Shown here: in pieces, positions 17,070-26,068 of the stretch
Numbering within the stretch: the stretch's first letter is position 1
Layout: the number at the start of each line of letters is the position of its first letter
DNA from: Deltaproteobacteria bacterium
GTDB taxonomy: Archaea; Thermoplasmatota; Poseidoniia; Poseidoniales; Poseidoniaceae
DNA: 64,000 nucleotides
Assembly: GCA_028344335.1 (NCBI GenBank)
Contig: JAOMAZ010000001.1
Location: forward strand, 11,468-75,467
Direction of reading: 5' to 3'
The notes under the pieces: generated by a model
Databases searched by the model: none
What the model saw: only the letters and a program-made list of their open reading frames with translations
What the model was told of the DNA's origin: nothing
Made by a program: the position numbers and the translations under genes

Positions 17070-18275
17070 TCAATGAAGTAAGAACTCGCCCCCAACAAGA
17101 GTTCCGACAAATGGTGAATGCCCGGGCCGAGAACACCAAGCCTCCCAATTTGGAGAATCTAGGATGTTCAAATTTGCAGCGCCACCAACGACGATTTGGC
17201 CGTGCGTCAAATCTGCATCATGCATGACATTCTCAGCCGGGTTTCGAGAAACTGCTACTAGTGAAGCAAGAGGGTCAATTCCCATCCTCTGAGAAAGTAA
17301 AGAACCAATAAATGGTAAAGACAGTGTCCGGCAATTGGGATTGTAATCGCTAGCAGCACACCAAGCCCACTCTTCATCAATGCATTGTTGCGCAGGAGGG
17401 AAATGTGTCTCCCCCATTGAATAAGGGGTCGCTGGCAAGAAACATTGCATGCTGTTAGCATCATTAGCAGCAGCCCGTGCTTCATCAGAACTCCAATGAG
17501 CATGATCGCCAGATTGGGAGCCCAATTCAGCCGCTAATGCAAGCCCCCCGCCATCCACAAACTCATCTACATGAAGTCGGATGTCCATACCTCCAGCCTT
17601 GGCTGCTTTGCAAAGCTCCTCAGTCTCTTCAATACTAAACCAACCAGGCTCACAAAACACATCAGCAGAACGCGCCATCCCAGAATCAAGCACTGCGGGT
17701 AATTGTTCAGAAAGAAGCTCTTCGAAATAGTCACTACGGCTCATGTTTGGAGGAGCGGCATGGGCACCTAACCAAGTAGAATCAATAGAAAGGCCATGTA
17801 AAGAAACTGCGGCCTCCAATAAACGCAATTCTGAGTCCGTATTCAAGCCATAACCACTCTTTACCTCCAAAGCAGTCGTGCCATGACGTAAGGCCATCTC
17901 CATACGTGAAAGGCCACATTCCAACAAAGACTCCATGCTCATCTCCCTTGTTGCAGCAACAGTACTTGCAATACCGCCGCCTCTAGCAGCAATATCTGCA
18001 TATGACATCCCATTCAGGCGCCAGCGTAATTCACGAGAGCGATCCCCCCCCCATAGTAAGTGAGTATGTGCATCGACCAAGCCTGGTATTACTGCCCTAC
18101 CTCCTACTTCCAAGACCTGATGACCATTGATATCAACAAAATTAAGTTCATTTCCTCGAAGTCCTCCGAGGTATTCATCGCGTAGGTTTTCAGAATCTCC
18201 GATTCTGGTGATTATACCATTATCAACAACGATACCCATTCCACTTGAAGATACTAATAACTCATCATTAGACAT
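17070..18275 (-). CDS. hutI: Imidazolonepropionase (amidohydrolase superfamily).
   Basis: PGLVDAHTHLLWGG metal-binding motif with HAHWSSDE. The start is placed at the Met of MSNDELLVSSSGMGIVVDNG (about 402 aa). The longer track ORF would overlap kae1 head-on. Confidence 0.85.
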   Translation of the reverse strand: MSNDELLVSSSGMGIVVDNGIITRIGDSENLRDEYLGGLRGNELNFVDINGHQVLEVGGRAVIPGLVDAHTHLLWGGDRSRELRWRLNGMSYADIAARGGGIASTVAATREMSMESLLECGLSRMEMALRHGTTALEVKSGYGLNTDSELRLLEAAVSLHGLSIDSTWLGAHAAPPNMSRSDYFEELLSEQLPAVLDSGMARSADVFCEPGWFSIEETEELCKAAKAGGMDIRLHVDEFVDGGGLALAAELGSQSGDHAHWSSDEARAAANDANSMQCFLPATPYSMGETHFPPAQQCIDEEWAWCAASDYNPNCRTLSLPFIGSLLSQRMGIDPLASLVAVSRNPAENVMHDADLTHGQIVVGGAANLNILDSPNWEAWCSRPGHSPFVGTLVGGEFLLH

Positions 18276-18411
18276 GGATGACCCACGAAGTGGACCCTCT
18301 CCACCAGAAAGATGTGCCAATGGACCAAGGTCCAATAACAGACTCGCCATGCACTACGCTACGAGGGTACGGTTCAAATGGACTGCCCTTGAGCAAGGTA
18401 CGGGTAATGAC

Positions 18412-19413
18412 ATGTTAGGAGCGGTTCTTGGTATCGAATCAACTGCCCATACCTTCTCAATGGGTATGGTTGACAGCGAAGGAGTACCCACTCCTTCAGT
18501 CTCCTCAATGCTACAACCAAAGGAAGGAGGAATCCATCCACGAGAGGCTGCGGATCATCATGCTGATATTAGTAAAAATGTGTTGGAGGAATTACTCTCC
18601 AAAGAAGAATTGAAAATAAGCGCGGTTGCATTCTCTCAAGGCCCTGGTCTTGCTCCTTGCTTGCGAGTTGGAGCATCAGTAGCAAGGTCGATTGCAACTA
18701 CTCTAGATGTGCCGCTCATAGGTGTGAATCACTGTGTGGCCCACATCGAAATTGGACGAGAACAATGCAATTGTGATGACCCAGTGCTTCTCTATGTATC
18801 TGGAGGCAACACCCAAGTCATTAGCAGAGTAGGAGATAGATACAGGGTATTAGGTGAAACATTAGACGTAGGTATTGGCAACATGTTGGATAAATTTGCT
18901 AGAATAAACGGCATGGCATTTCCAGGTGGTCCGAAAATAGAAAAACTAGCTGCGGAATGGTTAGAGGAGAATCCTAATCCGAGGATGGAAGGTTTGGAGT
19001 TGCCATATGCTGTACACGGCATGGACTTGCAGTTCTCAGGGCTTTACACAGCAGCCAAACACATGGTTGAAAAAGGTACAGAATTAGGTGCCGTTTGTTG
19101 GTCATTGCAAGAACATGCATTTGCTGCTTCTGTAGAAGTAGCAGAAAGGGCATTGGCGCATACTGGTAAAACAGAAATCCTACTTGGTGGCGGAGTTGCT
19201 TGTAATAATAGGCTAAGAGAAATGGTAACTAAAATGGCTGAAGACCGAAAAGGTAGTGCTCATGTTCCAGATAGGATGTTTTGTGTCGATAATGGGGCGA
19301 TGATAGCAAGACTAGGTTGGCTACACCTAAAGCAAAAAGAGCATACTACCTTGGAAAACAGTGCTGTAAATCCGCAGTTAAGAACAGACCAGACTGTGAT
19401 TACTTGGTCTTGA
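18412..19413 (+). CDS. kae1: Kae1, the tRNA N6-threonylcarbamoyladenosine (t6A) synthesis protein (KEOPS catalytic subunit).
   Basis: MLGAVLGIESTAHTFSMGMV... with the GVNHCVAHIEIG His motif and YVSGGNTQVI. The start is trimmed to the Met of the conserved N-terminus; the track ORF starts at 18127. Confidence 0.85.
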   Translation: MLGAVLGIESTAHTFSMGMVDSEGVPTPSVSSMLQPKEGGIHPREAADHHADISKNVLEELLSKEELKISAVAFSQGPGLAPCLRVGASVARSIATTLDVPLIGVNHCVAHIEIGREQCNCDDPVLLYVSGGNTQVISRVGDRYRVLGETLDVGIGNMLDKFARINGMAFPGGPKIEKLAAEWLEENPNPRMEGLELPYAVHGMDLQFSGLYTAAKHMVEKGTELGAVCWSLQEHAFAASVEVAERALAHTGKTEILLGGGVACNNRLREMVTKMAEDRKGSAHVPDRMFCVDNGAMIARLGWLHLKQKEHTTLENSAVNPQLRTDQTVITWS

Positions 19414-19494
19414 GTAGGATAGCATTTGTAACGACTCACTGCGAGCCCTAACTACCCCAATAATGGGAAATTGAAAGTAATCGCAAGGTTGAGG

Positions 19495-19845
19495 CTAGGC
19501 TCCAATCACTTGGTAATCATCACTTAGGGGAGTTGCGCCTGTCTCTATCAGGATGATTTTACCATCCTTGAATCGAGCGAAGGACAAAACTGCTTCCGAG
19601 TCTGAACCGTTAGCGAAGTGCGCAATGCTATGCATAACTCCAATTTCGTCGTTCTCATACAATATTCTCTCGTGTTCTCCACTAACTGCATCTCTGCTTA
19701 CGAAACCTAGCAAATCCTCCTTACCCATGGTCATTCCACCTACATGTGGATTGAATACAAAATCGTCATGAATTATGTCTGCTAGAGCAGTTGTGTCTTT
19801 AGATGTCAAGGCGTCAAAATAGGCTTGTAAAATCCCCATAATCAC
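19495..19845 (-). CDS. NTF2-like / SnoaL-like small protein.
   Basis: 116 aa. The N-terminus ILQAYFDALTSKDTTALADIIHDDFVF resembles SnoaL/DUF4440-type NTF2 folds. Confidence 0.45.
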   Translation of the reverse strand: MIMGILQAYFDALTSKDTTALADIIHDDFVFNPHVGGMTMGKEDLLGFVSRDAVSGEHERILYENDEIGVMHSIAHFANGSDSEAVLSFARFKDGKIILIETGATPLSDDYQVIGA

Positions 19846-20016
19846 CCGAATAAGAACTAGGATATGAGAATTTCCAGTACATTTTCTGGTGAACGATTCG
19901 ATTTGCTCTTTCTTCTGAACCTATCCGCACACACTTCGCAAAACCGGATGGAGAATTATGTGAAGATACCAAACGAGTGGACTACTCCTAGAGAGCCCAG
20001 ATGCCTCAAAGGAGAC

Positions 20017-20442
20017 TTAGCAGCAACCGTGCTCCCGCATAGGTGCTGCAACAAACTCAACCTTGTCGACATCTTGGGTATTGTTCAGTTTATCAATTGC
20101 TTTTCTAAAGGAAAGCGCATTACCACGAACCTGCATCGTATCAACGCAAGAATGGCTTTCCGTCAAGCAATTATGATGGAAAGAGAATACATCGATTTCA
20201 TGAGAATGACGCAATTCCATGAGTTTATTTTCGACCCCGTGCTGGTAATAGATTACAATAGTGCCTTCCAATAAAGTGTCATTGTCCATTGTTTTAAGGT
20301 CGCCTCTGCGCTTAGCTTCAGCAAAATGTAGACTTGCATCACGCAAAAACATACTCCGGTTTTTATAGCCAGAATCGGTGATTAATCGTGCTAATTGTTC
20401 GGCGAACTCGTTGTCCGTACTGAATGAGAGTATTCGACTCAT
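20017..20442 (-). CDS. nikR: Nickel-responsive regulator NikR: ribbon-helix-helix domain plus C-terminal metal-binding domain.
   Basis: The RHH N-terminus is MSRILSFSTDNEFAEQLARLI. The C-terminal H...H...HHNCLTE...H pattern matches the NikR high-affinity Ni site (E. coli HVHLDHDNCLE). Confidence 0.75.
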   Translation of the reverse strand: MSRILSFSTDNEFAEQLARLITDSGYKNRSMFLRDASLHFAEAKRRGDLKTMDNDTLLEGTIVIYYQHGVENKLMELRHSHEIDVFSFHHNCLTESHSCVDTMQVRGNALSFRKAIDKLNNTQDVDKVEFVAAPMREHGCC

Positions 20443-20453
20443 GATACTGTCTC

Positions 20454-20481
20454 TATGACGAAATTAATAATAGTTTTCATA
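20454..20481. promoter_or_regulatory. Candidate NikR operator: inverted repeat TATGA-N18-TCATA in the 62-nt nikR/ZIP divergent intergenic region.
   Basis: The sequence ctcTATGAcgaaattaataatagtttTCATAtacc begins 12 nt upstream of the nikR start codon. It resembles the E. coli NikR box GTATGA-N16-TCATAC. An AT-rich TATA-like element lies between the half-sites. Confidence 0.5.
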
Positions 20482-20504
20482 TACCTATTAGTGGAGGCGA
20501 TGGC

Positions 20505-21647
20505 ATGGCAGAAGCACCATTTCTTTACGTTGCACTAACTCTAGTTATAGCCCTAATCGCTGGACTGATACCTGTTTTCTCAAAGATAAAAGACAATCAA
20601 GAGCGGTTGAAAATTATGACCGCCATAGCATCTGGAATTATTATTGCCTCTGCAATGCTGGTTGTAATTCCAGAAGGATACGAAATTGCAACCCAAGAAG
20701 ATGCACATACTGAGGATGATGCCTTAGCAGGTTCAATCGCTTTAGTATTGCTCGAAGTTAATCACGGAGATATTACTAATGCGCAAGCAATCGAGGAGAT
20801 TGAAGGTCTCCTCGGAGGTCATGATGATCACGACGGCCATGAAGAAGAATCTGATCACGACAGCCATGAAGAAGAATCGAATCATGAAGCCAGTGATGAA
20901 ACACTTTCCGATTCTGTAAAGCACATCATCGAAGAATATGAGGAAGGTGCGATTAATGCAACTGCTGCCTTAAATGAGATTGAAACTGCAATATCCGGCC
21001 ACAATCATGCTGGCGAAGAAAGTCATGCTGAGCATATTAATGGACTACTGTTGGGTGGAGCGATTCTCGCAGGGTTCATGATGATGTTCATCCTTGAAGG
21101 TTCGGGAATTGGCCATGCTGTTCACGAGGAGCACCACAACCACGGCGATGAGCATGGGCACGAGCATGTCCACCACAGCAACTCCGGCTGGATGTTAGTT
21201 CTCGGTTTGACCCTGCACTCCGCAACCGATGGTTTGGCAATAGGTGCAGCTGCAGCATCTGGTAGTATCGCATTGACCGCGACCGTTGCCCTTGCAGTAT
21301 TGATTCACAAAGCACCAGCTGCATTTAGCCTAGGTGTCTTCTCGATGCACGAGAGAGAAGAGAGAAATGATACAATCAAAGATGTTGTCATTTTTTCACT
21401 CGCTACACCTGTCATGATGCTATTAGCATACTACGCTCTTGCAGACCTAGAGTCTCACCTCATCGGTTTGGCTATGCTATTCTCCGCTGGAACTTTTCTC
21501 TACATTGCAACCGTAGACACATTGCCTGATATCCACAACCCAGAAACAGGAAAGAAAGCGGTGATGTACGTTCTAGTAGGAGTTGCAATCCTGACACTTC
21601 TACTGATTTTAGCAAATACTGTAGGCTTACTTGAGCATGCTCATTGA
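20505..21647 (+). CDS. ZIP-family divalent metal transporter (ZupT/GufA-like) with His/Asp/Glu-rich loops.
   Basis: Multiple TM helices. Two His-rich loops: HDDHDGHEEESDHDSHEEESNHEA and HAVHEEHHNHGDEHGHEHVHH. ZIP TM4/TM5 signatures: LHSATDGLAIGAA and LIHKAPAAFSLGV. Confidence 0.75.
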   Translation: MAEAPFLYVALTLVIALIAGLIPVFSKIKDNQERLKIMTAIASGIIIASAMLVVIPEGYEIATQEDAHTEDDALAGSIALVLLEVNHGDITNAQAIEEIEGLLGGHDDHDGHEEESDHDSHEEESNHEASDETLSDSVKHIIEEYEEGAINATAALNEIETAISGHNHAGEESHAEHINGLLLGGAILAGFMMMFILEGSGIGHAVHEEHHNHGDEHGHEHVHHSNSGWMLVLGLTLHSATDGLAIGAAAASGSIALTATVALAVLIHKAPAAFSLGVFSMHEREERNDTIKDVVIFSLATPVMMLLAYYALADLESHLIGLAMLFSAGTFLYIATVDTLPDIHNPETGKKAVMYVLVGVAILTLLLILANTVGLLEHAH

Positions 21648-22039
21648 AAAATCGCATGGTAGCCCTTGTGAACAACCGTTTTCAACAACGTTCATTTTTG
21701 AACATACATAATGACAGGTAGTTTGTCATTTTTCGCGCTTTCCATCAACGCAAACGGAACCATAACCAATGAACAAAGCATAAACAATGAGCCGACACAA
21801 CAACCGTCTGACACGGCCATTGAACCAGAACTGGTTGAACCACCACCCCATACAATCAACAACACACCAATAACAAAGGCAACGGTTGTAAGGATGTCAT
21901 GGAATAGGCATATTATGTTACCAATGGATGGATGTCAGTAACTTCTCTGCACACCCTCTGTATTTTATTTTCCGGTACAAAGGGGTTCAGTGGTTTGATA
22001 CAGACGCTAGCCCGTAAGGACGGTGGGCCATTCGAGTAG

Positions 22040-22462
22040 CTAATATGCGTCTGCGTAATCATTTCTCGCCTCTGATGTTTCCACCAGATACTCCACAAAC
22101 TCAAACTCATTGCCATCCTCATCAAAAAAATAAGCCCTCTTCCTTGCTGAATGTAGAGGCACTTCCATACCTTCTCTATAACCAGCAGAACGCATCCTCA
22201 AGCATAAAGCATCCAGTTCATCCACCACAAATCCAAGGTGATTTAATCCCGGATGCACATAGGGCTCATGAGGGCCTTTCACAGTTGCACCTCTATCTTC
22301 AATTGCGATATAATGAGTTGAGGAGCCAAAATGAACCCACCTTCCTGTGCGCCCAATATTATCAGCCCTAACCTTCCAGTCCGGAAATGCTGTAGAAAGG
22401 AAGAGAAGCGTTTTATCGATATCAACAACGGTCATGTTTACGTGTTCCAGAAAGGGCTCCAT
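22040..22462 (-). CDS. VOC-family protein (glyoxalase / bleomycin-resistance / dioxygenase fold).
   Basis: The MEPFLEHVNMTVVDIDKTLLF...HIAI...HLGFVVDEL pattern is typical of VOC. Confidence 0.6.
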   Translation of the reverse strand: MEPFLEHVNMTVVDIDKTLLFLSTAFPDWKVRADNIGRTGRWVHFGSSTHYIAIEDRGATVKGPHEPYVHPGLNHLGFVVDELDALCLRMRSAGYREGMEVPLHSARKRAYFFDEDGNEFEFVEYLVETSEARNDYADAY

Positions 22463-22666
22463 ACATTGCTCAAGCGTTCAAAAGAGAATAAGGTGCCGAT
22501 TAAATATTCATCACTTTTTACCTTCCCACGTACTGTATATCTGTGTCATATCAACGCCAAATGAGGAACCTGAAAATAGGAGAAGTGGCCCCTGTTGAGG
22601 CCAAGACTCCTTTCAAAAGCGTTATCAGCCTAAGACGCGGCCAAGGCACTTGAGGTTGATTTCCAC

Positions 22667-23458
22667 TTGCGACGCAGAGACGAGGATGTGCCCAATCCCT
22701 TTTCCAAAGGGCCTGCTCGCCCTACCCGTAAAGTGCCACCAAAGTCTAAGCCTCAGCCAAAAAAACAAAACCGTCCTCAACCCCAGCATTCTACTAAGGC
22801 AGCAGCCGATAAAAAGCGCAAAGAAGCACTGGCTCAATTGAAAAACCAATCTAACCAATCTGCTAGTGGTCCTGCAAAAGCAGGGGGTGGCGACCGTGGT
22901 TCAAAAACTACTGCTAATGTGTCCGGTAGGAAAAAGGAAATAAAACAGGAAACTCGAGAGGACCGCCTTGCTGAATTAAGCCGTCAACAACGAGTCATGG
23001 GTGGGGAGACTGAGATCAAACCAGGAGTTGCCAAAAAGCAACATGAATCTTCAATCAAGCCTTCAGAAGAAGCAATCGCTTCAGTTCAACCAAAGGCAGA
23101 GCCAGTCAATGTCTTTGCTCCAAAGCCAAAGGGTGCAAAGGCAAAGGCCGGAGCGCCTGCTCGTCGCTTTAATAGGCGCCGAGAAAAGAAGGGTGGAGGT
23201 CGCCAACCACAGGTTAAAAAATTAGACCGCCGCAAGTATTTGGAATACAAGTACGTGGTTCGTGATTTATTAGATGATGATGCTATCGATGAAGAGAACC
23301 GCTCTAATGTGCTTGGACAAGTCTGGGCAAAAGGCGAGAGGATTAGTGTCGATGCGGCTATTGAATTCATAGATGAAAAACAAACAGAACTGATAATCCC
23401 CAAGAGTGTTGCAGATGACTTGCGTTCTCTTGTAAAGAAATATACAACTAAGAGATAA
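22667..23458 (+). CDS. Lys/Pro/Gln-rich basic protein with a low-complexity N-terminal half and a structured acidic C-terminal roughly 80 aa. Hypothetical, possibly nucleic-acid binding.
   Basis: The N-terminal roughly 180 aa is dominated by K, P, Q, A and R. The C-terminus KYLEYKYVVRDLLDDDAIDEE...SLVKKY looks globular. The start is uncertain. Confidence 0.45.
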   Translation: MRRRDEDVPNPFSKGPARPTRKVPPKSKPQPKKQNRPQPQHSTKAAADKKRKEALAQLKNQSNQSASGPAKAGGGDRGSKTTANVSGRKKEIKQETREDRLAELSRQQRVMGGETEIKPGVAKKQHESSIKPSEEAIASVQPKAEPVNVFAPKPKGAKAKAGAPARRFNRRREKKGGGRQPQVKKLDRRKYLEYKYVVRDLLDDDAIDEENRSNVLGQVWAKGERISVDAAIEFIDEKQTELIIPKSVADDLRSLVKKYTTKR

Positions 23459-23467
23459 GGTGTTAAA

Positions 23468-23962
23468 ATGGACGAAGATTTGAAAATGGAAAAAGATATG
23501 ATTGCTAGTGTACATTATACTGGTACTTTGAAAGATGGTGAACAATTTGACAGCAGTGAAGGTCGTGACCCTCTAACTTTTCTAGTTGGGCACATGCAGA
23601 TGATCCCCGGCTTTGAAGAAGAAATGATAGATGCTAAGGTTGGCGAAAGTAGAACCTTCACCCTTACACCTGACCGTGCCTATGGTCAGCGCGACGAAAG
23701 CGGAATCATCGAGATTCCTCGTGAACAATTTCCCGAAGAAATGGAATTGGAAGTAGGAATGACTCTTGTTGCTGATATGGAAAATGGACCTGCCCCTTTC
23801 AATATCCTTGAAGTAAATGATACAATTGTTAAGGCTGACTTCAACCATAAGTTGGCTGGAGAATCCCTTACCTTTACTGTTGAGATAGTCGAACTACGCA
23901 AAGCTAGCGAAGAAGAGTTGGCACACGGCCATGCTCATGGACCCGGCGGACACCATCACTGA
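23468..23962 (+). CDS. slyD: SlyD-like FKBP-type peptidyl-prolyl isomerase with an insert-in-flap domain and a His-rich C-terminal metal-binding tail.
   Basis: The FKBP core is VHYTGTLKDGEQFDSS...LTFLVGHMQMIPGFEE. The C-terminus reads ELAHGHAHGPGGHHH. Confidence 0.8.
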   Translation: MDEDLKMEKDMIASVHYTGTLKDGEQFDSSEGRDPLTFLVGHMQMIPGFEEEMIDAKVGESRTFTLTPDRAYGQRDESGIIEIPREQFPEEMELEVGMTLVADMENGPAPFNILEVNDTIVKADFNHKLAGESLTFTVEIVELRKASEEELAHGHAHGPGGHHH

Positions 23963-24012
23963 GCCAACATCCATGCGGAAGGCTTGAGCATGGAATCGGT
24001 TGTGAGTTAATC

Positions 24013-25602
24013 ATGGGGCGGCAGCCATCTAGCCGGAAAGAGCAGTGGAAGACACTGGGTGGCTTGGATGTTCCAGCCAATTCCGGTGCTCATCACGACC
24101 AAGATGTTGGCTCTCCAGGACAGCCACCATATACTCGTGGCATCCATTCTTCGATGTACCGCTCACGCTTTTGGACAATGCGTCAATATGCTGGGTTTTC
24201 TTCTGCTAAAGCCACTAATGACCGATTCAAATTGTTACTAGATAGAGGCCAAAGCGGCCTTTCTGTAGCCTTTGACTTACCTACTCAATTAGGTTTGGAT
24301 GCAGATGATCCACTATCAGAAGGTGAAGTTGGTAAAGTGGGTGTTTCTATCTCTTGCTTGGAAAATATGCGCCAATTATTCGATGGGATCCCAATGGATA
24401 AGGTCTCTACTTCGATGACTATCAATGCTCCAGCAATGGTCTTACTTGCCATGTACATAGCGGTAGCTGAAGAACAAGGAGTTGATCCTGCTTCTTTGAG
24501 GGGGACTATTCAAAATGATATTCTCAAAGAATACATCGCCCGAGGAACCCATATCTTCCCACCAAATGCATCGATGCGTTTGATAACCGATATTTTCGAT
24601 TATTGTTCTCAGTCTGTACCCCAATGGAATACGATAAGTATCAGCGGTTATCACATTCGGGAGGCTGGCTCTACTGCCGTTCAAGAAGTTGCTTTCACCT
24701 TGTCAAATGCCTTGGCTTATGTAGAGGAGGCTGTTGGCTCTGGGCTTGATATTGATGTCTTTGGTCCTCGTCTATCGTTTTTCTTTAATTGCCATAATGA
24801 TTTCTTTGAAGAGGTAGCAAAATTTAGAGCAGCGCGAGCATTATGGTATGAACTAATCAACGAAAAATACTCTCCCCAAAACCCGAAAAGCGCCATGTTA
24901 CGCTTCCATACCCAAGTAGCAGGAGTTTCGCTAACCGCCCAACAACCCTTGAACAATGTAGCAAGAGTTACCATACAAGCACTGGCCGCAGTGTGTGGAG
25001 GCACTCAATCCCTTCACACAAATTCCTATGATGAAGCATTAGGGCTCCCCACGGAGGAAAGCGCTACTGTTGCGTTACGAACTCAACAAGTTATTGCCGA
25101 AGAAAGTGGTGTTGCTGACGTTGTAGACCCACTTGGAGGGTCATGGTATGTGGAAGACCTAACACGACGATTGAAGGATGCTGCTAAGAAAGAAATAAAG
25201 AAAATAGAGGAAATGGGAGGGGCTATGAAAGGAATAGAAGCAGGCTACCAACAGCGCTGCATCCATGAAACTGCATATCAACATCAAAACATGGTTGAAT
25301 CGGGAGAAAGGAGAATTATCGGAGTCAACCATGCTCAAATGGTAGAAGATGAGCCCAAAGCGGGCCAAGCTCTTGACCCAACTGTTGGAATTGAGCAATC
25401 TAAATTACTCCTAAAATTGAGACAAAGTAGGGATGAAATAGAGTGTTGCGATTCTATTGAAAAAATAACTCAAGCAGCAAAAGGAGATGAAAATTTATTC
25501 CCACTGGTTATCGATGCTGTGAAAGCAGGTGCAAGCCTTGGCGAAATCATCAATGCGATGAAGAGTGTTTTTGGAACCTACATGGCGCCAAGCGGATTTT
25601 GA
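24013..25602 (+). CDS. mcmA: Methylmalonyl-CoA mutase catalytic (N-terminal, substrate-binding) subunit, with no B12-binding domain in this ORF.
   Basis: GQPPYTRGIHSSMYRSRFWTMRQYAGFSSAKATNDRF...GQSGLSVAFDLPTQLG matches the canonical MCM alpha TIM-barrel N-terminus. The protein is 529 aa and stops before the B12 module. Confidence 0.85.
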   Translation: MGRQPSSRKEQWKTLGGLDVPANSGAHHDQDVGSPGQPPYTRGIHSSMYRSRFWTMRQYAGFSSAKATNDRFKLLLDRGQSGLSVAFDLPTQLGLDADDPLSEGEVGKVGVSISCLENMRQLFDGIPMDKVSTSMTINAPAMVLLAMYIAVAEEQGVDPASLRGTIQNDILKEYIARGTHIFPPNASMRLITDIFDYCSQSVPQWNTISISGYHIREAGSTAVQEVAFTLSNALAYVEEAVGSGLDIDVFGPRLSFFFNCHNDFFEEVAKFRAARALWYELINEKYSPQNPKSAMLRFHTQVAGVSLTAQQPLNNVARVTIQALAAVCGGTQSLHTNSYDEALGLPTEESATVALRTQQVIAEESGVADVVDPLGGSWYVEDLTRRLKDAAKKEIKKIEEMGGAMKGIEAGYQQRCIHETAYQHQNMVESGERRIIGVNHAQMVEDEPKAGQALDPTVGIEQSKLLLKLRQSRDEIECCDSIEKITQAAKGDENLFPLVIDAVKAGASLGEIINAMKSVFGTYMAPSGF

Positions 25603-25611
25603 GGTGAAAAA

Positions 25612-26037
25612 GTGACGGATATTGGAAGGGTTTTCATTGACCATATTGGCATTGCTGCGTCATCTCTTGAGGAAGGTTCGAAATTCTGGAGATTATTAGG
25701 ATTGGCCCAAGGTGAGCAGGATGAGGTGAACGAGGAGCAGGGGGTAGTAACTCGTTTTTTCGAAGTTGCAGCCTCTAAATCTAGGCCCCCTATGCTGGAG
25801 ATTCTTGAGCCGACTGGTGAGGATACTCCAATTGGGAAATTCCTCTCAAGTCGAGGTCCGGGCATTCAACAACTTTGTTTAAGAGTTGAAAATATAAAGC
25901 AAGTTATTGACCATTTACTTGAAAATGGTATTACAATGATTGACAAATCTCCGCGCCAGGGGGTAGGAGGAAGCATCATTGCATTCGTCCATCCCAAAAG
26001 TACCGGCGGCGTTTTAGTGGAATTGACTCAGCATTGA
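25612..26037 (+). CDS. mce: Methylmalonyl-CoA epimerase (VOC family).
   Basis: IDHIGIAASSLEEG...VLVELTQH is typical of MCEE/glyoxalase-I-like proteins. It lies 10 nt after mcmA. Confidence 0.7.
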   Translation: MTDIGRVFIDHIGIAASSLEEGSKFWRLLGLAQGEQDEVNEEQGVVTRFFEVAASKSRPPMLEILEPTGEDTPIGKFLSSRGPGIQQLCLRVENIKQVIDHLLENGITMIDKSPRQGVGGSIIAFVHPKSTGGVLVELTQH

Positions 26038-26068
26038 CTTCAAGAACCTTTGGCGATTCGGCTATTTA

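Noticed and set aside
16372-17070. Integrated mobile element at the tRNA-Val 3' end.
   Set aside because: No integrase, transposase or direct repeat of the tRNA 3' end was found within the window. Only a palindrome and a hairpin terminator are present, reported instead as a low-interest finding.
17258-17503. ORF 17258..17503 (-) inside hutI, and ORF 13213..13596 (+) inside the DUF835-like gene.
   Set aside because: These are internal alternate-frame or antisense ORFs within well-supported genes.
19864-20274. Plus-strand ORF overlapping nikR.
   Set aside because: It is antisense to the NikR gene, which has clear RHH plus Ni-site motifs. No support.
21711-22125. ORFs 21711..21941 (+) and 21913..22125 (-) in the long intergenic region.
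   Set aside because: Low-complexity translation (N/T/P/Q-rich), no start context, and overlap with the VOC gene end. The region is treated as non-coding.
22331-22858. Small ORFs 22331..22564, 22347..22598, 22625..22858 and 22650..22841 around the start of the basic-protein gene.
   Set aside because: They are short, mutually overlapping and motif-less. 22650..22841 is simply the +1 frame of the Lys/Pro-rich N-terminus.
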